A stretch of 64,000 nt of DNA, from NCBI GenBank assembly GCA_964035575.1, contig OZ037833.1, positions 1,488,001 to 1,552,000 of the forward strand, in the 5' to 3' direction. A model generated the notes under the pieces. That model made no database searches. It worked only from the letters and a program-made list of their open reading frames with translations, and was not told the origin of the DNA. Position 1 is the first letter of the stretch; each line of letters begins with the position of its first letter. This DNA comes from Rhynchopus sp. YZ270_cl-10 (taxonomy: Eukaryota). Both the position numbers and the translations under genes were made by a program. Positions 8,501 to 16,525 of the stretch are shown here, piece by piece.

Positions 8501-11500
8501 ACCCCTGAGCGCAGTGCAGACATGCCAAGCCACCACACGTGTGACAGCAGAAGTGTGCGTCCGACGCATCGAAGAGCTTGCTGCATTGTTCGCACTGCAG
8601 GAAAGTGTTCGACGCCTCCGCCTCCCTCGCTCCCACAAAAGCCATGGGGCGCTCTGACTGGCACTCCCCCTTACCACCTGTGGCCTCAAAAGACAGGATG
8701 TGCTGCTGCAGAGCCGGGTCCATGGTGAGGGGCTCGTAGTGTCCCGGGATACTGCCGGATCCATCTGCCGCATCCTGGTCACCCGAGTGGAGGAGAAGGA
8801 CCACTGCCTTAGGCCGTTTTCTTGGCACCATCAGAGAAGGGCGGGCGAACTCGTTGAGGATGACCACAGATACCTCAAGAGCCTCCCCTGCCCCCGCCAC
8901 TGCAATGGCATCCGCCCACGTTCGCTGGTCTCCTCTGTCCCCACTCGTCATCAGCCGCTGCCAGACCCCAAAATTAGGGACAGCCGCACTCGACAGATCA
9001 GCGCGGCCCTGGACCTTCTTCACTGCCGCCTGGCGCAGACCCTCCACCGACAAATCCGTGCGCCCGGTGGCGAAGAGCAAAGCCTCAAAAGCACAGTCCC
9101 CCGCCACAAACGACCAAGTCACCTTCGAGGCTCCCAGCTTGGCCGCCTGTTCCGTCGCCCGAGGCCTCTGCGCTGCCGGGCACTCACGCAAAAACTCCCA
9201 CTCACGCACCACATCGAGACCCGGCCCTTCCGGAATCACGGTAGCCGAATCAAACCTCCCGGTCCGCTTCCTCGGTGGCTCCACGTGGTCCGGCTTCACG
9301 TCCCTCTTGCGCTTCCCCTGCTGCTCCTCCGACCGGTCTGGAGCAGGACGACTCATATCGTCGTCAGGGTTCGCATCATCACAGAGAGGTTCCACAGCCC
9401 CTGCACTGCGGCGTCCAAACCGGTCCATGTCCTCTGCAGACGGTGCCACATCTACCTCCACACACGGCTCCCGCTTCAGGGTGGCAATCCCTACACACAT
9501 AGCACCCCGCTCCAGAAAGGAAGATGCGACCTTTTTCTGGTACGCCACCGCAATGCTCTCCCGGATGCGCAACTCTGCCGACCCTGTTAGGTGCGACGTC
9601 TGTCCCGTCGTCAGGCCTCCAAGCTGCGCAATCAAGAGGTTCGCCTCGTCGCCTGCACCCCCGAAGGCTTCAAACACAATAGGGGAGAACTTGGTGTTGA
9701 TCTTGTTCAAATCCCGCTCGTGCTTCTCCCGTTTGACCTGGCCCTGGTTCTTCGCCGACCAGCCCACAAACTTCGAGGCCCCTGTTCTGTAGGAAGGCAA
9801 GGTGGGGCACACGTGGGTGATGTCCAAACAACGAGGTCCATTTTCCGCCACTCCTACTGGGAGGTAGACATCGCCTGGCCGCTTCTTAGACTCCAACTCC
9901 ACTCGCACGGTCTCCTCCAAAGCAGGGTCCAAGCCCGCCCCTTGAGCCGCTCTGTACACCGAATCCCGCAAGGCGTTGTGGCGGGCGACGCGGTGTTTGG
10001 AGTAGGGGCAGCCAAAGGTGTGGTCGCCAAAGGAGTCCATGACAACCCTTTTCTGCCCCCCCTGACATGCCGAGCAAGTCGTTCCCTCCGCATGGATGGC
10101 CACCCCTAGTCGGAAACGGGTCACAACCGCAAAATCCGCTGAAGACATCTGGTTCCTTGCTGATGGTGTCGCCGTGAGGTACGTCCCAGAAAGCGGCAGG
10201 AGAAGGGACTTCATCCGTGCTCGGTCTCGCATGCAGAGCTGTTGCATCAACTTGTCTGCCTGGGCGTCAATCACCGCAGATGACAGACTCTGCTGCTCCA
10301 GGATCTTCTTCGGCTGGGCCCTGTCCACGTGAAACGCCACCGGTACCCTGGAGTTGTACTCCTCAGCTGCGCTGTTCCATCTCTCCTCATCCCAGGTGAA
10401 GGCAGGGTCCAAGGCCTGCGACAGTTGCAGGTTCCCTGACTGAGAGGCGAGGGACGCAGCCGTCCGATGGTCCACTGTGCGACGGATACCCAGCCCCCCA
10501 AGCGCCACAGGAAGCGCCGCCTGCGCCCTTGCCAACTCCGGCAGCGCCCCATCCGGGTCATGCAGAAGCGCAGCCAGGCACCTGTCGATCAGGTCGTCAA
10601 AGGCCGTCAGGTACTCCGCGCACTGTGGGATCCCCCGCATGTAGAACACCATGCGGCAGTAGCCTTCGCAGTATCTCAGTACGTAGAAGGCTGCCTGGGA
10701 GTCCCCGAGGTCCACAAGGGCTTCCAGGTTGCGGCGGGAATCGTCCACCTTCCGGGCCATGTACTCCTCGCAGAATGCCGCAGACCCAATGGGGATGCCC
10801 AAGAAATCGAACCCATCCACATCCAACAGCCGGAACCCGCCTTCACCCATGGCGTCCTGTCCACCCTCGGTCAACGTGAACCCCACCGCCTTGAGCTCCT
10901 CCGTGGAGACGCCACCAGTGGAGATGAGCTCACACTTGTTCGCGTTCACCTCCAACCCCAGTTCGGAGCTACGAGTGCGCAGAACCTGGTACGCCTCAAA
11001 AACCGCCTTAGGGGACCCCCGCAGAGAGCCGTCATCGAGGTACCACAAAGTCCCATCCAGGCCTGGGTGCCCCTTCAGCTCTAGCGCCATCTGGTGGATG
11101 GTCAGGGAGAAGAGAAGCGGGCCCAAGGGATCTCCTTGTTGAGCTCCGCGCTGTGACCTTATGGTATCTCCACCATAAAACAGGCTGGAGGGCTCCAGGT
11201 AACACCATCGCACCCATGGGGCCAGCTCGGGGAGGTTCGCGTCGACCGCTCTTAGCATCGACAGGCGGTCTACGCAGTTGAACGCGTTACGGTAGTCAAT
11301 TTTCAAAATGACTTTACCTTTTCCGCGGTTGCGCACGGCGTACTGCGAGATAACATCCGTCGCCACTGCCGCCCCCCTTGCCGTTGCCACCCCCACCTGG
11401 TTCCCTCGAAGAAGAAGCGTCCTAGCAGGCACCCGCACTCGCGCCGACAGAATCTTTCCCACCAGTCTGCGGAGAGTGTCCCCAACCGCAATCGGTCGCA

Positions 11501-13590
11501 CGTCCTCCTCCAGGCCCGGCCCCTTTGCAGGCTTCCGGAGAGCCACCAAGTTAGCGCCGGCGAAGAACTCAGCCACCTCCACTGGAGCATTTCCTCGTGC
11601 CAAAGACGTCAACACTGCGGCCAGCGCTGCCAAAGTGCCCTTAGCCCGCCTCTGTAGGCAAAGTGTACGAAGGTGCGCGCCCGTCACGTTCGAGGGACCC
11701 GCCGCCGATGACTTCGGCATGCTCCGCAGGGCCTTCATCACCTCCACCACTGTCACCGGTGGGACCTCCTGAGGCTGGGGCCAATCCGCCTGCTCCAGGG
11801 CCTTGGAGTCGGCAGCGGCTGGGTGCTTCGTCTGAAGCTTTTCCAGCGTCGCCGGTGTCTGTGGGGCGAGGCCGTCGCTGGTAGCGCAAGACATGGCCTG
11901 GCTCGGGAGTCCTGCTCTCGCTTTGGCGATGGTGCGCTTCCGTCTCCCTTCGTCAGTGTCTTCATCCGACCACCCAGAGGGCCTTGGCTTCCGCTCCTCT
12001 ACCGTTTGCTCCCACAGGGCGACATACTGGCCAGCCTTCCAAGCCTCCAAGTCCTTCCCCCAGGTGCTCGTCAAACGTCGCTCCTGGTCCTTGCCCCCTC
12101 GTTCTGTCCGTGTCCGGTGCAACACTGTGAAGAACAGTGCAAGGCGCTTCCAGGCCACCTCGTCCTGGTACTCCAGGATGTCCATGAGGACCCTCAGGAA
12201 GAGCTCGCTGTACAGCTGTAGGTGTTTGTCTGGGCACCCGCCCTTCAGCTGGATCCTGGTGGTCCCCATGACTTCAAAGGAGGGGAGGTCATCCTGATCT
12301 GTCAGCATTCCTCGACTGGAGGGAGACGGAGCGGTGAAGCCTTCTTCGCCAAAGTGCACCGTACAGGTGTTGCAGACCTCCTTGCTCTGCGGCAATAGCA
12401 TGTCGCACTGATCGTTCGCACAGCGCGACATGCCCAAGTGGCCCAACAGCTCGTCGGGGATGTACGCTCCATCGGCCTGGTGGCGACGCATGTGCTGCAG
12501 CAAGCCCTTACGAGACAGGCCCCCGACCGCATCACTCGAAGACAAAATTCCCGCTCTGCATCCATCAAAGGGGCAGAACACCCGATCCGCATTGATGTGT
12601 CCCAGCTTGGTAGCCAGGGGGGCGGTGGTGGTGGTGTTGGTGGGGATGATGCCATCCAAATGCGCTGTGTCCAGCACTGCCTGCCGAGCCTCCTTCCTCA
12701 TCTTCTCTGCCATCCCCTCCTTGGTCTTCCCCACCTCCGGGACAAGCTCCACTGCCTCAAAGTGAGAGTCACAGAGAGCGATGACGACCGTGGGAAGTTT
12801 CGCTTGGAAGCTCTCCGCGTACGACTTGGCGACTCTTTTGCTACCAGGGGTGATGCGCACGAGGGGGTTCTCTTCCGATGCCTGCACCACCACGATGTTG
12901 ATGCGGGATGCTGTCGCGGTGAGCTGAAGCCCCAAGTGGTTGAGGTGGGCCTCGCCGGTCACACCATTGGCAAACTCCGTCATGGCCTCCTGCGACCCCA
13001 GCACCTGCACCAGGCGGTTCGACACCTCCACTGCTGTGTCATACAGCTGCTTGCGCATTGCCCTCACGTCCGGCTGCGTGTCGTGGTCCCAGAGGTGTAG
13101 TGCCACATAACCACAATCATTAGTAGACACGTTGGGGATGCGTTTAGCTCCAAACTTCGCCAGAGTCGCGTCCACAGACACCGCCTGCTCAGTATACGCA
13201 GGAGCGTTCACGTTTGCGCACCCACCGGTCAACGCAAACGGGGACAAGCTTACCGGGTGCTCCGGATCAGCAGGGGCAGGGCGCAGGTCCCAGGGCGTCA
13301 CCGCTCGCCACAACAACGACAGCAAGACCAGTAGGGACACCGCCAGCATGCCAAATGCCATCCCGATCCTACGAGTCCACCTGCGTGCTGCCACACGGCG
13401 CACCTCCAAGAGAAGAACCCAGCCAAGTGGGCGCGCGACGCCGACCAGTGCCACAAAACCCGCCAAACAACCACCTGCGGACCATGCAACCCACACCCAC
13501 TCGGCTGCACGCACCGACAACTGACCCACCCCCATCACACTGGCTCTCACCAAGCTGGCAGCCACTCGGATCCCTCCGGTCCATCGGTGC
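5461..13590 (-). mobile_element. Non-LTR retrotransposon, CRE clade (RT plus restriction-like endonuclease), poly(A)-tailed
   Basis: Poly(T) on the + strand at 5461-5506, ~1-kb 3' UTR, and a single long ORF with CRE-type RT and RLE motifs. The 5' boundary is approximate and must lie below the U4 promoter at 13592. No TSD found. Confidence 0.9.
6486..13535 (-). CDS. Retrotransposon polyprotein: hydrophobic N-terminus, OTU-like protease 1, Zn fingers, RT, Zn knuckle, RLE, OTU-like protease 2, Cys-rich Zn finger, coiled coil, basic tail
   Basis: RT: RPIAVGDTLRRLVGK, KIDYRNAFN, QRGAQQGDPLGPLLF, WYLDDG. CCHC: CSAC..DHTFGC. RLE: RHNALRD..KRPGD..LDITHV..KREKH. OTU-like: NDCGYVAL..HFEAV and GDCAFEAL..WAD..GHYEPL. 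Start placed at the first ATG outside the U4 gene and its promoter. Confidence 0.88.
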   Translation of the reverse strand: MGVGQLSVRAAEWVWVAWSAGGCLAGFVALVGVARPLGWVLLLEVRRVAARRWTRRIGMAFGMLAVSLLVLLSLLWRAVTPWDLRPAPADPEHPVSLSPFALTGGCANVNAPAYTEQAVSVDATLAKFGAKRIPNVSTNDCGYVALHLWDHDTQPDVRAMRKQLYDTAVEVSNRLVQVLGSQEAMTEFANGVTGEAHLNHLGLQLTATASRINIVVVQASEENPLVRITPGSKRVAKSYAESFQAKLPTVVIALCDSHFEAVELVPEVGKTKEGMAEKMRKEARQAVLDTAHLDGIIPTNTTTTAPLATKLGHINADRVFCPFDGCRAGILSSSDAVGGLSRKGLLQHMRRHQADGAYIPDELLGHLGMSRCANDQCDMLLPQSKEVCNTCTVHFGEEGFTAPSPSSRGMLTDQDDLPSFEVMGTTRIQLKGGCPDKHLQLYSELFLRVLMDILEYQDEVAWKRLALFFTVLHRTRTERGGKDQERRLTSTWGKDLEAWKAGQYVALWEQTVEERKPRPSGWSDEDTDEGRRKRTIAKARAGLPSQAMSCATSDGLAPQTPATLEKLQTKHPAAADSKALEQADWPQPQEVPPVTVVEVMKALRSMPKSSAAGPSNVTGAHLRTLCLQRRAKGTLAALAAVLTSLARGNAPVEVAEFFAGANLVALRKPAKGPGLEEDVRPIAVGDTLRRLVGKILSARVRVPARTLLLRGNQVGVATARGAAVATDVISQYAVRNRGKGKVILKIDYRNAFNCVDRLSMLRAVDANLPELAPWVRWCYLEPSSLFYGGDTIRSQRGAQQGDPLGPLLFSLTIHQMALELKGHPGLDGTLWYLDDGSLRGSPKAVFEAYQVLRTRSSELGLEVNANKCELISTGGVSTEELKAVGFTLTEGGQDAMGEGGFRLLDVDGFDFLGIPIGSAAFCEEYMARKVDDSRRNLEALVDLGDSQAAFYVLRYCEGYCRMVFYMRGIPQCAEYLTAFDDLIDRCLAALLHDPDGALPELARAQAALPVALGGLGIRRTVDHRTAASLASQSGNLQLSQALDPAFTWDEERWNSAAEEYNSRVPVAFHVDRAQPKKILEQQSLSSAVIDAQADKLMQQLCMRDRARMKSLLLPLSGTYLTATPSARNQMSSADFAVVTRFRLGVAIHAEGTTCSACQGGQKRVVMDSFGDHTFGCPYSKHRVARHNALRDSVYRAAQGAGLDPALEETVRVELESKKRPGDVYLPVGVAENGPRCLDITHVCPTLPSYRTGASKFVGWSAKNQGQVKREKHERDLNKINTKFSPIVFEAFGGAGDEANLLIAQLGGLTTGQTSHLTGSAELRIRESIAVAYQKKVASSFLERGAMCVGIATLKREPCVEVDVAPSAEDMDRFGRRSAGAVEPLCDDANPDDDMSRPAPDRSEEQQGKRKRDVKPDHVEPPRKRTGRFDSATVIPEGPGLDVVREWEFLRECPAAQRPRATEQAAKLGASKVTWSFVAGDCAFEALLFATGRTDLSVEGLRQAAVKKVQGRADLSSAAVPNFGVWQRLMTSGDRGDQRTWADAIAVAGAGEALEVSVVILNEFARPSLMVPRKRPKAVVLLLHSGDQDAADGSGSIPGHYEPLTMDPALQQHILSFEATGGKGECQSERPMAFVGAREAEASNTFLQCEQCSKLFDASDAHFCCHTCGGLACLHCAQGSKHCPLSQIGRAEYFSALSFLHSNVPAQAASAEGSGDPPPKRAPSPAVPAPEGEDVEEVDTPMAGEEGQQAEQKQQKHEKQRKQQKQQQQKADQDKKEALQRASDAWQQALEVRREHRRSWGPDLAALRGTFGDRQQELSRFLEEQNVRLDQAKAADRHRVEELTARHKRELAEDAKRMHAQYLEDCDRHPEAGESLRAEYDRQRCERHYAIAAKHESEQKATTLLLTAVNLSRQLEAERMVAYGRCFGVVCEGRLFLPCHAVRRAVGDDPEGLEPDCVGDWMALFGPQGASPCPGEFLYCWATQQPWSGNGEGDGDCPESVVARQAVRKIAGEAGYCDTWGKTSAVIVVREGRVSWGTPSRDQLEEEVGRQAEAADTEVRVKVEEMDDDEQEQEEDLDTAMEGADRSHSLSVEGIPDQKKQARVRELLRAQSEAWMWTEEERTERGGLFPCLTMGSPVPSSVTKWISLFHYRQGEKQDGRPLLSLPLSTATFTQWYEVMKVVGLHEWSVQEKCKAKSTLHALTDNRSSRGQAFAAESTRRENEARAAREGIGRQPQASSSSSSSSTSAGRGTTTSIAQPAVSTSSSSSSAGRGNATSSAQPAPSPAPKGPQRHAAQGRSNTSNVFTDAVAQATQHVLSPQEVQRGRNGRGGGQKGRQSGGRKGKKGNKKN

Positions 13591-13591
13591 A

Positions 13592-13606
13592 CTTCCCTGT
13601 GGACAT
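13592..13606 (+). promoter_or_regulatory. PSE-like element of U4 (CTTCCCTGTGGACAT, -47)
   Basis: Same motif and offset as upstream of U2 (13887) and the SL RNA genes (-46). Confidence 0.7.
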
Positions 13607-13638
13607 AGCTTTGTGACACGACTGGGAGAAAAGGAGGT

Positions 13639-13780
13639 ATTCTTGCGCTCGGGATAATTCCATAAGCAATGACCAAATAGGGACGCTGTGGAGAGATTGC
13701 TGGTTGAAAACTACCCAATTCCCGCCATGGGCCGCTTCGGCGTTGCCACATTGGCAATTTGTGTAGCTGCTTCGGCGGCC
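13639..13780 (+). ncRNA. U4: U4 snRNA
   Basis: 5' ATTCTTGCGC pairs with U6 GCGCAAGGAT (stem II). Kink-turn-like GCAATGACC-AAATA-GGGACGC; TGCTGGTTGAAAACT (stem I, conserved U4 motif); CCCGCCATG...CATTGGC; Sm site AATTTGTG; terminal cUUCGg hairpin. Confidence 0.92.
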
Positions 13781-13886
13781 TTGTTTTTACTAATAAGATT
13801 GATCATCACCTTCACTTACTTCCCTGTGACATGGGTGTGTAATCTGCTTGCCTTGTTGTTTCCTAGTAATATTGATCATAATCATG

Positions 13887-13900
13887 CTTCCCTGTACATG
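13887..13900 (+). promoter_or_regulatory. PSE-like element of U2 (CTTCCCTGTACATG, -47); second copy near 13819
   Basis: Motif and spacing shared with U4 and the SL genes. Confidence 0.72.
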
Positions 13901-13933
13901 GGTGTCGAATTCGGTATGGACTAAAAAGAAGTC

Positions 13934-14120
13934 ATACCTTCTCGGCCTTTTGGCTAAGATCAAGTGTATTATCTGTTCTTATCAGCTTAATATCTGATAC
14001 AGTGCCTTGTGCACTGATGATATTAACGCAATTTCTCATTGGGGTGACGGGTCGCCAGGGCAACCTGGTCCGTTCACACATGTTGCCCTGGAGCTGCACA
14101 ACATCCAGGAGTGGCATACC
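13934..14120 (+). ncRNA. U2: U2 snRNA
   Basis: ATACCTTCTCGGCCTTTTGGCTAAGATCAAGTGTATTATCTGTTCTTATCAGCTTAATATCTGATA is the U2 5' domain. The 3' stem-loop IV has a TGCAC loop and is followed by a T-run. Confidence 0.97.
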
Positions 14121-14217
14121 CTCTTTTTTAACAAAACAAAAACAAACATACCATACATACCATACATACACAGTGGTTACCACTGTGATGTGGGTTATTA
14201 AAAACAGAGGTCGGAGC

Positions 14218-14366
14218 GAGCCTCTCAATGTCAGAGGCTTCAAAGCATTTCACGAGAAAACTCGCCCCTGTCCTTCTTCATCACTATCACTTGACCGAAC
14301 ACTCCCTGCAAGGAAGCCTGTAAAAGGCGATGCTTAGGCAACAACACAGACACAGGGGGGGTGCTG
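14218..14366 (-). ncRNA. U5: U5 snRNA-like (divergent or pseudogene)
   Basis: Invariant loop-1 nonamer GCCTTTTAC closed by AAGC/GCTT and CCCTGTG/TGCAGGG stems. Degenerate Sm-like AATGCTTTGA is followed by the hairpin AGCCTCT-GACATTG-AGAGGCT. Ends are approximate. Confidence 0.55.
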
Positions 14367-14385
14367 GGTGGGAAAATATAAAAAA

Positions 14386-14710
14386 GGGTGCTTGCGTTGT
14401 GTGCTGGATCGGGACCACCAGTAAACTGGCAGCCCCACATCCAGTTCTAATATTTGAAGTGTGAAATAGAACGCAGTCAGAATTAGTGTTACACGCTAAT
14501 GTAAGAATAATCATCATGGGTAATATTCTGTACGAACGTACGGGATTTACATCATATGAAAGTAGTTCCGCCTTGGGCCATATCAGGCCCAACAGCAGGA
14601 CCGCATCATAAAAATTGTAAAGAATTTTCTTAAATAGAAAGGTCTTTTCAAGTTTTAGCTGTTGCTGAACGAGTTGTTTGGTTTCGAAGTAGCACACTAA
14701 CTTAGCACCC
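14386..14710 (-). ncRNA. Unidentified ~325-nt structured Pol III-type RNA
   Basis: 5'/3' closing stems GGGTGCT/AGCACCC and GTGTGCT/AGCACAC, an immediate T6 terminator, internal hairpins, and the U6/7SL upstream element at the identical -34 offset. Confidence 0.75.
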
Positions 14711-14734
14711 AAACATAGGGAGAGTATGGGAAAA

Positions 14735-14770
14735 CAAGACAGGGTTGTCTTGTTGGAGGTGGGTCAGGGT
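14735..14770 (-). promoter_or_regulatory. Upstream element shared by the unknown RNA, 7SL (15446-15480) and U6 (16035-16083)
   Basis: caagacaggg...gttggag.tgggtcagg occurs three times. The CCCTGT core starts 34 nt before each inferred 5' G (14710, 15421, 16010). Confidence 0.75.
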
Positions 14771-14831
14771 GACACACACTTTGTACATGCATCATATGTG
14801 TGAATGTTTTTTCTCATGGTGACGTAAAAAA

Positions 14832-14944
14832 GGCCAGTCTCTTTCGAGGCTGGCCATGTTTGACAAAGTTGTGTGAGAAGAATATAATCTTCATGCTTCC
14901 ATACCAATGAAGTACAGAAACTGTAGCTTTAGAAATCGTTGGTT
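14832..14944 (-). ncRNA. SL: Spliced-leader (SL) RNA gene copy 1 (40-nt exon 14905-14944)
   Basis: AACCAACGATTTCTAAAGCTACAGTTTCTGTACTTCATTG/GTATGG: diplonemid-type exon and GT donor, two further hairpins and a T-run. Confidence 0.96.
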
Positions 14945-15104
14945 GCCCTTTTTCTTAACATTGCTCTAAGCACCAACATGTACTGGTAAACATGCCACTT
15001 GTGGTGAATAATGTGGGTAGGAATGGTCTGGGCAACGTGGTGGGGTGTATCAACAACACATGTGTATGGTGATGTGGAAACAATGTTCACATGGAAAAAT
15101 GTAA

Positions 15105-15421
15105 AAAAGAAACGCTTCTCCAGTTCAAGCCATTGAGTTGGAAACACCCTCACTCTGCTCTGTGCTGCGATCCTTGAACTGTCCACTGCAGGAGTTATGA
15201 GCTGCTCTGTGAGACCAGCCTGGCCCGGTTCACCCCATTTCACTCTGATTGTTGCCCTGGTTTACACCAAGGCCGCAAACAGGACAGTAGACTAACACGG
15301 ACAACACATCAACACAGAAGTTGAAGGTGCCTTTGGTCCACCTCAAAGAGTGCCCAGTTCTGGAGAAGCTTGCCCCCCCAGAAGCTAGGGGTTTCAGGAT
15401 GCAGCCAACACATCCCGGCTC
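15105..15421 (-). ncRNA. 7SL: 7SL / SRP RNA
   Basis: Alu 5' GCCGGG...CCTGAAACCCCTAGCTTCTGGGGGGGC; helix 6 with GTAA tetraloop; helix 8 CCAGG..AGCAG SRP54 motif; GCTTCTCCAG/CTGGAGAAGC pairing; T-run. Confidence 0.93.
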
Positions 15422-15574
15422 AATAGATACCATATTGTCGGAATACAAGACAGGGTTGTCTAGTTGGAGGTGGGTCAGGTCAAAAACGTGGTTTTGAAGA
15501 TCCTCACTTCTTGTGTGTGTTTTTTTTTTGCTTTGCACAAAGACACACAAAGACAATCATGCTAACGTAAAAAA

Positions 15575-15686
15575 GGCCAGTCTCTTTCGAAACTAGCCAT
15601 GTTTTGACAAAGTTGTGTGAGAAGAGTAATCTTCATGCTTCCATACCAATGAAGTACAGAAACTGTAGCTTTAGAAATCGTTGGTT
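15575..15686 (-). ncRNA. SL: SL RNA gene copy 2
   Basis: Identical 40-nt exon and GT donor; small intron-region differences. Confidence 0.96.
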
Positions 15687-15904
15687 GCTCTTTTTCTCTA
15701 CACAGCTTTCGACATGTATATGCTCAGGGAAGCATGCCAGTAGCATAAACCATATGGTCGTTTTTTGAAACCAATATTTCAATGGGTTACTGCAGCCTGC
15801 CACTTGCCACCTGTGGGTGATGGGTATGTCTGCACATATGTGTTGGTCTGGGAAGCATGAAGAAGACACCAGTGTAAAAAATACGTGTGATCCGGGGGAC
15901 AAAA

Positions 15905-16010
15905 AAAAAGTTGATACTTTCTCGATTAATGCGTGTCATCCTTGCGCAGGGACCATGCTAATCTTCTCTGTATCGATCCAATTTTAACGGATGTCCCATT
16001 TCTGGGGTCC
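15905..16010 (-). ncRNA. U6: U6 snRNA
   Basis: ACAGAGA box, AAGATTAGCATGGTCCCTGCGCAAGGATGACACGCA, and a T9 end. Confidence 0.98.
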
Positions 16011-16166
16011 AGTATATATGCACAAGGTGGTTGACAAGACAGGGGCCCCTTGTTGGAGTTGGGTGTTGGAGTTGGGTCAGGGTCTGAATGTGGTTCTAAA
16101 CTTCTGCTGTTGTTGTGTGGGTTTTTTTGCTTCTTGTGCACAAGACGATCGTGTTAACGTAAAAAA

Positions 16167-16278
16167 GGCCAGTCTCTTTCGAAACTGGCCATGTTTTGAC
16201 AAAGTTGTGTGAAGAATATAATCTTCATGCTTCCATACCAATGAAGTACAGAAACTGTAGCTTTAGAAATCGTTGGTT
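16167..16278 (-). ncRNA. SL: SL RNA gene copy 3
   Basis: Identical exon and donor. Confidence 0.96.
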
Positions 16279-16525
16279 GCCTTTTTTCTCTACAATGTTC
16301 TAAGCTCCTACGTGTGCTGGGAAGCCATCTTTCAGTGTCCTAAATATGGTCGCTCTCATAAGAGTCAACAGTGGTTTCTGAAGGGGCATATGTGGTACCA
16401 GTGCCACAAATGGTTGCCCACATGGTTTTGCAGGCGATATACAAATGGGTTTCAGCAAGCACTTGTGTGTGATGGGAATCATGTGTGTTTTTTGGGTTTG
16501 CACAAGGTGATGTTAACGTAAAAAA

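Noticed and set aside
13536..13757. N-terminal 74 aa of the 2423-aa ORF call
   Set aside because: It starts at TTG and runs antisense through the U4 gene and its promoter, so it is a chance open frame rather than part of the retroelement protein.
13720..13780. U1 snRNA or a 5' HDV-like ribozyme, suggested by the Sm site and UUCG hairpins
   Set aside because: There is no ACTTACCTG or U1 loop motif, and the sequence is fully explained as U4.
13934..14120. Retroelement as a Utopia-type U2-targeting insertion
   Set aside because: U2 is intact, on the opposite strand and separated from the element by U4. The RT/RLE motifs are CRE-like.
14386..14710. Telomerase RNA or RNase MRP identity for the unknown RNA
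   Set aside because: There is no CTAACCCTA template. The MRP CR-I motif GAAAGTCCCC is absent, and GGGGCT pairs locally about 45 nt from the 3' end. Not formally excluded without a covariance search.
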